From the NCBI GenBank assembly GCA_002104905.1, contig MCFE01000614.1, forward strand, positions 1-52,833: a stretch of 52,833 nt of DNA. The letters run 5' to 3'. Every line of letters begins with the position of its first letter. The first letter of the stretch is position 1. This stretch comes from Basidiobolus meristosporus CBS 931.73 (taxonomy: Eukaryota > Fungi > Basidiobolomycota). This document shows, one piece after another, positions 1 through 12,680 of this stretch. The notes under the pieces are model-generated. The model did not search any database. It saw only the letters and a list, made by a program, of their open reading frames with translations, and was not told where the DNA came from. The translations under genes were made by a program, and so were the position numbers.

Positions 1-154
1 GAATTTTCATATTATTGGTACCTGATGTTTTGGCAAAAACAATCCAAGTAAACATCAACAAGGAACTAGGTCAGTAATCTCTAAGATTTGTAGGTAATGA
101 TCTAAGTGACTAAGTAAGGTGAATATTTAAATGGAATTACAACTTTTTTCATCA
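1..154 (-). repeat. Partial 3' LTR of a Copia family 1 element (cut by window start)
   Basis: Matches the right half of the 349-bp LTRs at 18715-19063 and 28953-29301 (e.g. CTAAGTGACTAAG.AGGTGAATATTTA..TGGAATTACAA). It is followed by the same internal flank (CTCAACTAAAT.CTCAT.CTGACTA) as at 19064. Confidence 0.75.
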
Positions 155-600
155 CCATTACTCAACTAAATTCTCATTCTGACTAGTTCAATTTGTGATA
201 TAAGATATTCAAATTTGTCTGAAGCTATTGGTTTAATTAATATGTCTGTGATCAGTTCTTCTGTAGGATAGTAAGCTAAACTAGCTAAATTGTCTTCTAT
301 AGCTTTGTGAGTACAAGGTTGCTTAGTATCTGTGTGCTTTGTTCTAGCATAAGCAGTTGGATTTCTACTTAATTGCTTGCATACTTGATTATCTTGTAAG
401 ACAGCATTGGGGGTTTTTTGACATAAGCCACAATCTCAAGAACTTTATAGGCCACATTGCTGCTTTTGTAGTCTCACAGGATGCCTTATACTCTGCCTCT
501 GTGGTGGATATTCCTTCTGAGACTATGCTTAAATGCAGCAATATGATCAGCTCCAGAGGTCTGATTATGCTGGCAGACAACTCATTGAATGCATGATATT

Positions 601-1334
601 AGACTTCTTCCGTTGGATAGTGCCACATTGAGCCATGAATGCCAAATGATGCCATAGTGTGCCAGGCAGGCCAAGTGAGCCTAAACTTAGCCACAGAGTG
701 TGGATCATAGATCTGCATCTTCATGCAAAGCAGCCCCTGTGTTTCACTCACTGTGATGGAGAAAATCCATTTTTTGACCTTTTTTTTTAGGTTAATGTTG
801 TAAAGGATGCGCAAGAGCACTAAAGGATTGAAGATATGCATCTGGTACTCAATACTCATGGCACTCTGAATCTAGCTCCTGTGGCTTGTAACATGTCACA
901 AAAATGCATGGCACTATCTTGGTCCACTGGTACTATCTGGCACTATAAGTGCTTTGTATTGATCTTACTTTGGAGCTAATATTTAAATATAGTGCCAGAT
1001 AGTACCAGTGGACCAAGATAGTGCCATGCATTTTTGTGACATGTTACAAGCCGCAGGAGCTAGATTCAGAGTGCCATGGGTATTGAGAACCAGATGTATA
1101 TCTTCAATCTTTTAGTGCTCTTGCACATCCTGCACAATATTGATCCACAAAAAAACATCAAAAAATGGATTTTCTCCTGCATCATAGATGAAACACAGGG
1201 GCTGCTTTGCATGAAGATGCAGATCTATGTTCCACACTCTGTGACCAAGTTTAGGCTTGATTGGCCTCTCTGGCACACTATGGCATCATTTGGCACTCAT
1301 GGCTCAATGTGGCACTATCCAACGGAACAAGTCT
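601..1334. mobile_element. Foldback (palindromic) MITE of the PHIS/Harbinger-like family
   Basis: Ends AGACTTCTTCC and GGAACAAGTCT, with ATT on both sides. Arms 601-947 and 988-1334 (347 bp each) are inverted copies, about 90% identical by eye, around a 40-bp spacer. The first 28 bp match the end of the element at 35584. Confidence 0.9.
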
Positions 1335-1739
1335 ATTGAGATGTGCTAGAAGCATGATATTCATTAGACTGCCAACCATAGAGTGGCCAGACATATAGTA
1401 CTGATAGAACTAGAATTGCTCTATCTGGGTTATCATACATACTATAGCTAGCAGTACTCCTTTGGAAATTCACTGATTCTATATAAGAGTCAACCTTGCA
1501 ATTTCAGGCTCTTGGCAACTGCTTCAAACCATATAGAGAACTTTTCAGCTACAAAACCAAGTGGGGGTTACTTTGGCTAGCAAGCCCAACAGGCTTGCTC
1601 ATGTACACAGCCTCATCAAGTTATCCATTGAAAAATGTAGCTGTTACATCTATCTAATGAATAAAAACTTATATTTGGCTGCAATAGTCAATATTGATCT
1701 GATGGAATTAAGCTTGACTACCAGTGTAGAGGTCTCAGT

Positions 1740-1950
1740 AGACTTGTTCCATCATTCCAGCTGATCATAGTGCCCAATAGTGCCATAGCATGCCAGATGG
1801 TGCCTGATCATGCCTCAGAGTGCCAGATGGTGCCATACAGTGCCAATTTGAGATCAAAATTGACATGCATATGACTCTATAATATCAAATTAATAACAAA
1901 ATATACAGCACTCTCTGGCACTATGATCAATGGCACAATGGAACAAGTCT
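1740..1950. mobile_element. 211-bp MITE of the same PHIS/Harbinger-like family
   Basis: Perfect TIRs AGACTTGTTCCAT and ATGGAACAAGTCT, 3-bp duplication AGT (1737-1739 and 1951-1953), internal TGCC array. Confidence 0.9.
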
Positions 1951-2705
1951 AGTATATTCAAGTCCTTTTATTTGAGAGTATACTGTGGCACAAGTGTTGC
2001 TTAGTATCTTTCATTTGTACCATCAGCCTTGTATTTGCCTTAAAGACTTGTCAGCATCCAATTTATTTTTGGTTGATTATTAATATAACTAAGTCTGAGG
2101 ATTGGTTTTCCATCAGGGCCTGGTACTCCTCAGTCATTGCAGATTTCCAACAGCTTATGTAAGAGCTGTTTAGAGCCTCCTTTACAGTGTGGGGCTCATC
2201 AATATGGACTGAACAGATATAGGCTAGGTGCGTATCCTTATTGATATAGTAAGTTAGCTATTTCTGGTATGGCTGGATTCTCTGGTTTGTAGTACTGCAA
2301 TGGTTGCTTCTGAGATATTCCTGGGCACTAATTCAGGTTAAAAAATGATTGTTAGGCTGTTGGGAGGGAAAGAACTTGCACAGTATTGCACTGATCCAAT
2401 CCTGACTGTTGGTGGACTCAAAGCAGATTTTTGTCTTCTTCAAGTGTAAGTTTTTGTGCAAATTTAGGATTTCATCAGAGTTCACATCCCTGAGCAAAAT
2501 CAACCTCCTTGCTCTGGTATTAAGAGTTTGTATGCCTCACTCTTATAGCAGTAGCCCAAAAATATGATTTTTACACTTTTTGGCTTAACTTTTGACTGAT
2601 TTCCTCATAATTTTTTAGCGTAAGCTGTGCACCCAAATATTGTTAGATGGTCCGCACTTGGCCTCTATCCTCACCATGCCTCACATAGTGTAGAATACAA
2701 AGCAT

Positions 2706-3073
2706 TATTTGAAACGCTGGGCAACTTGTTATTACTCAGCAATTGAGAATTCACTTAGATATTCTGGACTAGTTGTAGTCAATGTAGGGCTTGCATACAG
2801 CCTCAGCTTGGCCATTTTCTTTCAGATTTATGAGCTCATGATTATTCCCCTATAGTCAAGATCAAATTAGCACTTATACAAAGCGCTGTGTGTTAATCCT
2901 GACTATTACAGAAAGCTCCTGATTATTGCAAAATTCTCCTAACTTAGTGTTATAGTTGTATTACCTCTACATTGGAATAAGTGCTAACCTTCTTGAATAA
3001 CAAACAACATCCCAACTATTATCACTAGTTCTTGATAAGCTTCCTATTACCAAATGCTACTTTGATTGCAGCA
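2706..3073 (+). repeat. Degenerate solo LTR, Copia family 2
   Basis: Colinear similarity to 3958-4325 and 5021-5389 (TGATTATTCCCCTATAGT.AAGATCAAAT; TTAGTGTTATAG.TGTATTAC). Ends are eroded and boundaries approximate. Confidence 0.6.
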
Positions 3074-3957
3074 GTATTCTACTACAACTCCTAATTATAT
3101 AGTGTACAGCTATAGTAACTATTCCAACCCATAATTCATAGTAAAATTGCTAATTATGGATCACAAATCTTGCTATATCAATGATCAATGCATTTGTGTG
3201 TTCTACACTCCATTTTGCTGAGTGGAGTATGGTGCAGTGGTATCTGGCTCTATCCCATGATCTTTGCAGAAGCAGATGAAGAGCTTTGAGGTACATTCTG
3301 AGCTATTGTCAGTGCACAAATTCATCATTGTTGCTCTGGTTACTCTCTCCACATCTACTTCAAACACTATAAACTTAGAAAGAGCATCTTCCTCTCTCTC
3401 CGTGAGGTAGACTTGCATGTTTTTAGTATAAGCATCAGAAAAAGCAATAACTACCTCAACCTGGCTAAGAATAAATTTTGCATTGTTCCATGCAGATCTT
3501 AGTGAATAAGAATATATTCTTCTTAGTTTTGATTAGCCCTGGACTCTTGACCAATTGTGTGGCTTGTTCCCAAATATGCACACTACATAATGATCCATAT
3601 TTTCTAGTAATTAGTTTTTACTCTGGAAATTAGCTAATTTTTGATCACTTTGCACAAATAATCAAAGTTGACGTGTCCAAATCTCCTGTGCCAGCACATT
3701 GGCATTTTGTCATGTAAGTTACTTATATTGACTTCCAGATATTATGGAATAGTCATCACATAATAGCGACTTGAATCTCTGATACCCCAAGCCATAGGAG
3801 TGCAAGTTGATCAGTGATCTTGCATCAAGAATTGTTGAAACAGAAACTGAGTCCTTCTACTGTGGCTCTGCTTACAGAAAATAGGTTCTTGACTATTTAT
3901 GATGCAAAGTGCACTTCTTTGAAGGTGAGTGTGTGGCTTCCTTCACTGCTTGTGGGC

Positions 3958-4325
3958 TGTTGAAATATTGGACTATTTGGTATCATTCAGCAGCTAAAAT
4001 TTACTTAACAATTCTAGACTAGTCTTGGTCACTGTAGGACTTGTTTGCAGCCCCAGCTTTGCCAGCTTCTTCACATCTATGATCCTGTGATTATTCCCCT
4101 ATAGTGAAGATCAAATCAACATTTTTTACCAAACATTATGTACTAACCCTGGAACTGTTACCATATGCTCCTGAATGCTAAGAAGCCCCCTTTCTTAGTG
4201 TTATAGCTGTATTACTTCTACAAAGGTATAAATACTGATATGCTTTATGAATAGATAACAGTAGTACTATTAGCACCATATCTTGATAAGTTCCTTATAT
4301 CCAAATCACTTCTTAAATTGCAACA
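3958..4325 (+). repeat. Solo LTR, Copia family 2 (368 bp)
   Basis: TGTTG...CAACA ends, perfect 5-bp TSD TGGGC (3953-3957 and 4326-4330), similar to the 5' LTR at 5021-5389. Confidence 0.9.
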
Positions 4326-5020
4326 TGGGCCTCACTTACATAGCTCCATCTCCAACTGCATCATATTTCCTATTTTCACCTATGAAAATATTTGTGATTG
4401 GAATTTCTTGATGTAGGGTAAAGAGCTCTTTTGGTGTGTAGAATGATGAGCTGCTCCAGAGCCCATATACCACACCTGAGATTCCTTGTTTGTGGTCATA
4501 CTTAGTGCAGAAATTAATAGTCTATGCTCAGTTGTTCCGGCATTTCCAAACCAAAGTTTCTTTTGCCAATTATTACTTATCTTGAAGCAATGGTTCAATG
4601 TATGTTCTTTCCATTTGCAGTGGTTGCCTAACAGGTTGCGGTCACCTATGAATGGTCTTCAATATCACCTATGCTAGTTGTCATTGCCTATTAGTGCATA
4701 TTCCAATTCCTTCTTATTGGTGCTTGATTCCTGTAATTCTTAATCTAGAAGCCTTAATTATATAGAATATTAGGTCAAATCTTTAGCTCTAGGGCTCACT
4801 GCTAGTAAAAAGCCCTGAAACTGATTGGAGAGGCTATTCAGGATGGTTACTATCACATCTTCATCAGTAATTGGTACAAAATTTAAAAATTTCACTGCAT
4901 CAACTAACAGTTTAATTCTGTTGATTAGATTCTCATTTCTTCTACCAGTAGCATCTCTACAGAAATGACCATTTGTCTAAGGTACATTTTCTTTGCAGCT
5001 GGCCATGATTAGTAGTTGTC

Positions 5021-5389
5021 TGCTGAAATATTGCACTATTTGGTATCATTCAGCAGCTAAAAGCTTACTTAACAATTCTGGACTAGCCTTGGCCACTCTG
5101 GGACCAACCTATAGCCCTAACATTTTGACTTTCTTTAGATCTACAATCCTATGATTATTCCCTTATAGACAAGATCAAATTAGCACATTTGCCATACATT
5201 GTGTACTAACCCCAAAACTGTTACACAATGCTCCTGAGTGTTGCAAAGCTGTCCTTACTTAGCATTATAGTTGTATTACTTCTACAAAGGCATGTATACT
5301 GAGCTTCTTTATGAATAAACAGCAGTGTAGCTATTATCAATATTTGTTGATAAGTTCTGTATATCCAAAACACTTCTTAAATTGCAACA
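5021..5389 (+). repeat. 5' LTR of Copia family 2 element
   Basis: TG...CAACA, 369 bp, homologous to solo LTR 3958-4325, immediately followed by the PBS. Confidence 0.85.
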
Positions 5390-7510
5390 GGTTTTGAGCC
5401 CTAATTGCTTTTTTACAAAAGTCCTCAACATAAGAAAGAGGCCATATGATGACATGCTTCAACTCATTACCAGAATTAAGACACTTGCAGTAGAACCATA
5501 TAGTATCAATGCTAGTGTAGAGGATTACAAAAAGATACTCTGTCTGCTTTGCAGCTTACCAGACAAGTATGAGCCACTCATACCTTTTTTGAAAGCAGAG
5601 ACAACAATCTGACTTTGGACTATGTCAAAGGAAGTCTTCTCCATGAAGAACTCAGATGTAACAGTCAGGAAGAGAAAATGGATGATAATGCGTTATTCAG
5701 TGCAATAAGGCACACAGCAAAGAAGGGAAAGCAACAAAACCAAAGAAAATCTGGCTGTTGTAATTAGTGCAGGAAGCCAGGATACTAGGAAAGAGAATGC
5801 ATGAAGAAACAAATAGAAAATAAAAAGAAACCAGAGCAGGCAAATCGTGTAACTACTGATGAACAGCTATTTGTAACTGAATAAGAAAGTGCAAGTAACT
5901 AAAGTAATAAATGGTATATGGACTCTAGAGCATTACAGCATACCTACGGTATAAAGGAGTGGTTAAGAAACTCAAAGACAATATCTGTGAAAGGTTTATC
6001 TGGGAGACAACTCTTCAATGAAAGATACTACCAGCGGGTCTTTACAGCTAACTGTGAGTGATATCTCATGGGCAACAACAGCATAATTCACTGAAATACT
6101 TGATGTACCTGGAGTAGCTAAGAACCTACTCTCAGTCTGTAGAGCAACTACTCAGGTGTTGAGAATTGTTTTTACTCAGCTGAGCTGCTCAATATTGAGT
6201 GAAAGTGGATAAAAAATAGTTTGGGAATGCAAGATCACAATATACAAGTTACAATGCAAGATCATTGTACCTGAGTATGTCAACATTGCTGCAACTTTGA
6301 ATGTCTGTAAGGGTTGTTTATATGGCAAACAAGCTAGGCAACAGTTCAGGCGCTCAGGAGGCATTAACACCATCAAAATACTGGATATTGTGCACTCAGA
6401 AATGTGTGGCCCCATGACATCACTGTCCTTTGGAGCCAAGAGGTATTTTATGACTTTTATTGATGACAAGTCAAGTTATAGATGGGTGTACTTCCTCAAG
6501 ACTAAGGATAAAGCTTTGGAGATGTTTAAGCACTTCAAGAACATAGCAGAAACTCAAACTGGGTTTGAATTGAAGGTAATTTGCAGTGACAATGGAGGAT
6601 AACACTGCTCAAAGGAGTTTGCAAAGTACTGCTCATCTGCTGGTGTACTTCAACAGATCACTGTTACACATACTCCACAGCAAAATGGAGTGGCAGAATG
6701 TGCAAATGGAACAATAGTAGAGATGGAAAGATCTATGCTAAATGGTAAGGGTATAGACTACAGATTTTGGGCTGCATCTGTTGCACAGCAATATACATCA
6801 AGAATAGGTGCCCAACAACAGCACTATGTGCTTCTACACCTTTTGAAGCTTATACAGGGAAAAAACCAAGCCTTCAGCACCTTGGAGTCTTTAGCTGAAA
6901 TGTCTTTAATCATGTCCCTGACCAAAAGCACTCAAAGTTGGAACCAGATGGTAGAAAAGAGATCTTTCTTGGGTATTGTAAGGATGCTAGAGGGTATAGA
7001 GTGTATGATGGTAAGTTCAGAAGGTGATCAAGAGCAGGGACCTTGTACTTGAAGAAAATTCAGATCAGAGAGCCATTGCAATAATTGGTTGGCTGTTTGA
7101 ATATGCAATCAATACTAATGAAGAAGGTACATACATAATTCAGCTAGATATGGAAACTGACTCTATTATTCCAGATAAGAGCAGATTATCCCAGTTAGGA
7201 GTTCTACCAGAATAAGAAATGCCTTTGGATCCTAGTAGTAGACATTGATGATCATGAAGAGGCTTATTTTTCATTATGTGTCATACCTCAGATTCTGGAT
7301 CAGGCAATATTAAGTCCATATGCTACTATGTGGCAACAAGCCATGTAGGTGGAGTACCAATTACTGACCATGGCAAAGATATGGGAACTGGTTGATTTGC
7401 CAAATGGGAGAAAGCAAATAGGATGTACATGCATCTAAAAGCTCAAGATACGCTTAGACAATACCATTGACAAGACAAGGCTAGATTTGTGGCTAAAGGC
7501 AATTCTAATA

Positions 7511-10500
7511 TGTTATGATCTACCGCTTGAATGTTTAAGTTAGATCAGTTTTTAGTTAAATCAACTAGTTTTATCTTTAACCTATCAGTATATCAGTGTT
7601 ATCTTTCAAATCAGTAGTATTAGTCAGCAGATGAATTAGCAGATCCTTATCAGACAGAAATGGTTATATTAAGTAGGATCTAATTGGGTGATGATGACTC
7701 AATCAAATGAGTCATCAGCCAAAGCCTACATTAGGAAATACAATTAGTTAGCAAATGATCAGACAAAATGTATTTAAGGAGCTGCTGGAACCTCAATAAA
7801 AATCAGTTCAAGTTTCAGTATATACAATACAAGCTAAACTCTCTATTCCTCTACATCTCTTATACCAAGACTTGTAACACTGGTAGCAGTGATAACCAGA
7901 AACCTCCCTCCTGAAGAAAGAAGAAACCACCCTCAATATGTTGGACAATCAAGAATGGAAGAATGCCATGCAGCAAATCCTGGCCCATCAGCAACAGTTA
8001 CTTCAGATCCTCAGCCAACAGCAATAAGGAATGACACCATGGCTCAGAGCCAGTAAAGCCCTGTCAAGAGCAACTTTAGTGTGAAGGTCAACCGGTACCA
8101 TTGCAGAGTTGATGAAAACCTGGGAACTTGGCTCTTTCAGATTGACAAAGCTTTTAAGGCTAAAGGAATTGCTTCAGAAAGCAAGTTGCATTATGCAGCT
8201 TCTTACCTGGCAGATGCAGCTTTACAGTGGTACCACAACAAGATCAGGTCAGCCACTATGATGGGATGCTCTACTATTTCTACCTGGGATGACTTTGTGT
8301 CAGAGATTCAGGATGCTTTTGAACCTCCACACTAGCAGACACTACTAAGAAGTAAGTTAAAGATGCTCAGATGGAAAGGAATGGTTCAAGAATATATCTA
8401 TGAGCACAGATGTCTACTAGGACAAATTGAAAGAATGGACCCCCTGGATCAAGTTGAATAATATATTGATAGGTTGGAAGAAAGAACTCGCAAGTAAATT
8501 ATTGCAGACCTCAGACTAATGAAGAAGCCATCAAGATTGCCATTGACTATGACTCAGCTATGTTTGGAGTTGGGAAGCCCACAGTGACTAATCAGAAAGG
8601 CTACAATCATTATGAAAGAAGACAGTCAGAAGCAGTACCAATGGAAATAGATGCTATGCAGAAGAACCCCACCTCAGAAGAATGCAGGAAGAAAGGACTT
8701 TGTTTCAATTGCCACCAGCAAGGACACATCTCAAAGTACTGCCCCCAGAGAAGAAATGAACACCAGCCAACAAGAACCTTCAACCATATTGAGTCCCATA
8801 AACACAGTAATGTGGAGGATGAGCTTGAAGAAGACTTGGAACTCACCTTTCATATGACAGAAGAGTACTTGTCCCATCTGACCTCAAACTCAGGGAAGTT
8901 ATTGTACTCAAATGGAGTAATCAATGGAGTACCTGCCAAAATCATGATTGACTCAGGAGCATCACATGAATATATGCCAGAACAATTTGCCTTGAAAGCT
9001 GGAACCAACTTGGAACCTACCAAATCAACTTTAGTCTCCACAGCTGATGGGAACTCTCACCTAATCAACCGTATTACCCAGCCAGTAAGAATGAGGGTCA
9101 ATGACTATGAAGAAGACCTACAGGCTTATATATTTGGGAACTGAAAGCTTGACCTTGTACTCAGAAAAACCTGGCTATTTTGTTGTAATCCATCAATCAA
9201 CTGGAGATCCCATGCTCCTCAGATCCAAAAAGACAACAAGACCTATGAGCTAATACCTGCCAGGCTGGATTCCAACCTGGTCAATTTGAGTATGTGTGAG
9301 ACAAGTGACCTTAGCAAGACCCAGTTCTGTAGAGCACTTGGAAAAGGTACCCAGATGTTCCTCATGGCGGTAATACAGGTTGATTCTTCTACCCCAGCAC
9401 CCCAGCAGGTCCAGACTCTCTTGAGGAAATATTCAGACATGTTTCCAGATGAGCTTGTAAGCCTACCACCAGTCAGAGATGTGGATCATGCCATTGACAC
9501 AGGAGATAGCCCTCCAGTGAGAAAGACACCTCCAGAATGAGTCCATTTGAATTGGAGAAAATGAAGAGACAAATTGAAAAGCTATTGAAGCAAGGATATA
9601 TCAGACCCAGCAAGTCACCTTGGGGAGCACCAGTGCTTTTTGTGATGAAGAAGGATGGAACACTTGGGATGTGCATTGACTACAGAGCCCTGAACTCAGT
9701 TACCATCAAGAACAAGTACCCCATACCTTGGATTGATGAGCTTTTGGGCTAACTCAATGGAGCCACCATATTCAGCAAGGTTGACCTCATGTCAGGATAC
9801 AACCAGATTCGGGTGAAACCAGAAGACATCCCTAAGACAGCATTCAGGACCAGATATGGACATTACAAGTACTTAATCATGAGTTTTGGCCTTACCAATG
9901 CCCCTGCAACATTCATGACCCTGATGCAGACTGTCTTCCAGGAGTACTTAGACAAGTGTGTGACAATCTACCTAGATGACATATTGATAGACAGCAAGAC
10001 AGACAAGGATCACTTGGTACACATTGAAAAGGTCATGAAGAAGCTAAGAGAGAACCAGCTATATAGAAAGCTAGCCAAGTGTGAATTCTTCAAGGAATAT
10101 GTTGAATATCTGGGACACATACTGACTAGCACAGGAGTAACCTTAGACCCTAAGAAGGTTGAAGTTATCAAGAACCTGAGGCAGCCCCATAGCATATCAG
10201 AACTCAGAGCATTCATTGGAATGGTTTCCTATTATTGGAGATTTGTCAGGTCCTTTGCAAGTGTTGCAGCCCCTTAAACTGATATCCTTAAGAAAGACAA
10301 CACCTATAAGTGGGACATAGCTTGTGAGACTGCCTTTCAGACGCCCAAGAATGAACTTGCTAAACTACCAAGCTTAAGAATACCTGACTTCAGAAAAGAG
10401 TTTACTCTGAGCACAGATGCTTCAGATTATGCAATTGGTGGAGTGTTGAGTCAAGAACATAAGGAAAAGGACTACCCTGTTGCCTTTGAATCCAAGAAAC

Positions 10501-11678
10501 TGAACTCAGCAGAATAAAACTATCCAGTCTATGAGAAGGAGATGCTTGCTATAATACACTGTTTGAAGACATGGAGATGCTATATTGAAGGAGATTCTAT
10601 CCAATAGAGGTGCAAACTTTATGGCAAAGACATTGAAGGTTTACCTGGAAATGCAGCAGATCAAACACTTGAAAACCTTGGCATATCACCCCAGAACTAA
10701 TGGAGTCACTGAGCGGCTTAATGGTCTATTTGGAAAAATTCTGACCAAGTATGCAAATGGAGCTGTCAGTAGATGGGATGAGTATATAGATCAAGCACTT
10801 TTTGCCTGCAGAGTTAGAGTGCACAACACTACTTAACAATCACCATTTTACTTAGTGTATGGATGTGAACCAAGGATTTTAGCAGATCTCACACAACCCA
10901 AGCTTACAGATGCCTTAGAAGATGAACTTAGTCAGCCTAGTAGACACCAGCAACTGGAACAAAGTCAGCAAGAGGCAGGGGCCAAAGTATCTCAAAGTGC
11001 AGAAAAGATGAAGCAGAGATTTTGATAAGAATATAGCACCAGAAGCATTGACAGTTGGGAACTTTGTATTGCTAAGAAACAACACTTGGAAGAAGTTTGA
11101 GCCACAATGAGCAGGACCATTCAAGATCATCAGAGAATGTCCATTTGCAACTTACCAACTAGTGGATAAACAAGGGAATATCTGGGAACCCTTAGTGCAT
11201 GGGGACAGACTCAAGCTTGCCAGACTTGCTGACAGTACTGAACCATCAAGATATTGGTATCACAAGAAAAGAGATTAAGGAGAACCTTCTCAACTTTAGT
11301 ACAGGAGAATGTTATGATATACTGCTTGAATGTTTAAGTTAGATCAGCTTTTAGTTAAATCAATTAGTTTTATCTTTAATCTATCAGTACATCAGTGTTA
11401 TCTTTCAAATCAGTAGTATTAGTCAGCAGATGAGGTAGCAGATCCTTATCAGACTGAAATAGTTATATCAAGTAGGATCTAATTGGGTGATGATGACACA
11501 ATCAAATGAGTCATCAGCCACAGCCTACATCAGGAAATACAATTAGTCAGCAATTGAACTGGGCAAATGTATATAAGGAGCTGCTGGAACCCCAATAAAA
11601 ATCACTTCAAGTTTTAGTGAACACAATACAAACTAAACTCCCTATTCCTCTACAACTCTTATTTCAAGACTTGTAACA
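7511..11678 (+). mobile_element. Older, mutated Ty3/Gypsy element with both LTRs and a 767-bp internal deletion
   Basis: LTRs 7511-7879 and 11310-11678 (TGTTATGA...GTAACA), PBS TGGTAGCAGT, 4-bp TSD AATA/AATG. Colinear with 21093-26030 but with many stops and frameshifts; RNase H-integrase segment missing. Confidence 0.92.
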
Positions 11679-12680
11679 AATGACCACAAACTAGACTTTG
11701 AGGAAAGATTTGCTCCAGTTGCCAAGTTTAACTCCATCAGGACAGTTCCAGCCCTGGCAGTTGTACACAGTCTAGATCTACCCAAAATGGACATTAATAC
11801 AACCTTTCTTAATGGTCATTGGCAGGAAACTATGTATATAAAGTAACCACTTGATGTAACCAATCCAAAAAGCACCCATAGGGGTGCAAACTTAGGGAAT
11901 TACTGTATAGGCTTAAGCAGCCACCTAGAGCTTTGTATAACAAGATTGACACATATATAGCAGAGATTGGGCTTATTGTAGCACTGCAGATCTCAATATA
12001 TATGAAACAGCTCAAAAAGGGTCTGATTATCCTGGTTCTTTATGTGGACAACCTAATAATAGCTACAAATGACAAGGAGGCACTTAAACAGTAAAATCAG
12101 ATCATTTCAGCAAGGTTGAGACTAAACATCTTGGAGAATTGAGCTATTTTCTTGCAAATGATGTCAAATTCAACATAATAATGCAGAGAACTGTGCTGAA
12201 TCAGTTGCAGTACATGAGGGACACTTCTAGACACTTTAATTGGAAGACTGCAAGCCTGTAGCTACCCCCCTGGACAATAACCTGAAATTGAGCAAATCTC
12301 AGCTAGTTTTAGGTAAAAAAGGCTCAAATATGAACCAAACACTCCATACCAATCAATTGTTTGTAGACTGATGCACTTGATGGTGTCTACATGTTGGGAA
12401 ATTGCAGCAGCAGTTGGAATAACCAGTTAATTCATGCCAGACTATGGATGAAATCAAAAAAACAACCTACAGCAGTGAAGCAGTTTTCTGATAACTACAA
12501 GGTACCATCAATATGGTATCCAAATACTTTGGAGCAGCTAATAGGCAAAAGCTTGGTGGTTTTAGAGTTTCTAATTGGGGTAGGGATCTGATTGTTAGAC
12601 ACTCTACCACTCAGTACTTATTTCTTTCTGCTAGTGCAGCTATTACTTGGAGTTGCAAGAAAAAGCCAACTGTGGCCATA

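Larger units (their letters stand above)
155..5020 (-). pseudogene. Degraded Ty1/Copia (family 1) internal region: RNase H, RT, integrase, protease and gag remnants, interrupted by two MITEs and two solo LTRs
   Basis: Minus-strand fragments carry Copia motifs: STTEAEY (389-580), TAPYSTQQNGV and TDNSSE (3203-3418), WYMGSGAAHH (4380-4598). Many stops and frameshifts. Confidence 0.8.
5021..12680 (+). mobile_element. Degraded Ty1/Copia element (family 2), 3' end lost, interrupted in RT by a Gypsy element
   Basis: 5' LTR 5021-5389, PBS GGTTTTGAGCCC 5390-5401, gag remnants, GAG-pre-integrase/integrase (CKGCLYGKQ, VHSEMCGPM, FMTFIDDKS, QQNGVAE). RT reading KARFVAKG ... DFEE.FAPVAKFNSIR is split by the insertion at 7511-11678. 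RNase H start SWSCKKKPTVA near 12650. Confidence 0.85.

Noticed and set aside
599-1339. Pair of similar ORFs on opposite strands (86 and 87 aa) looking like duplicated genes
   Set aside because: They are mirror readings of the two arms of the foldback MITE, with no recognisable protein motif.
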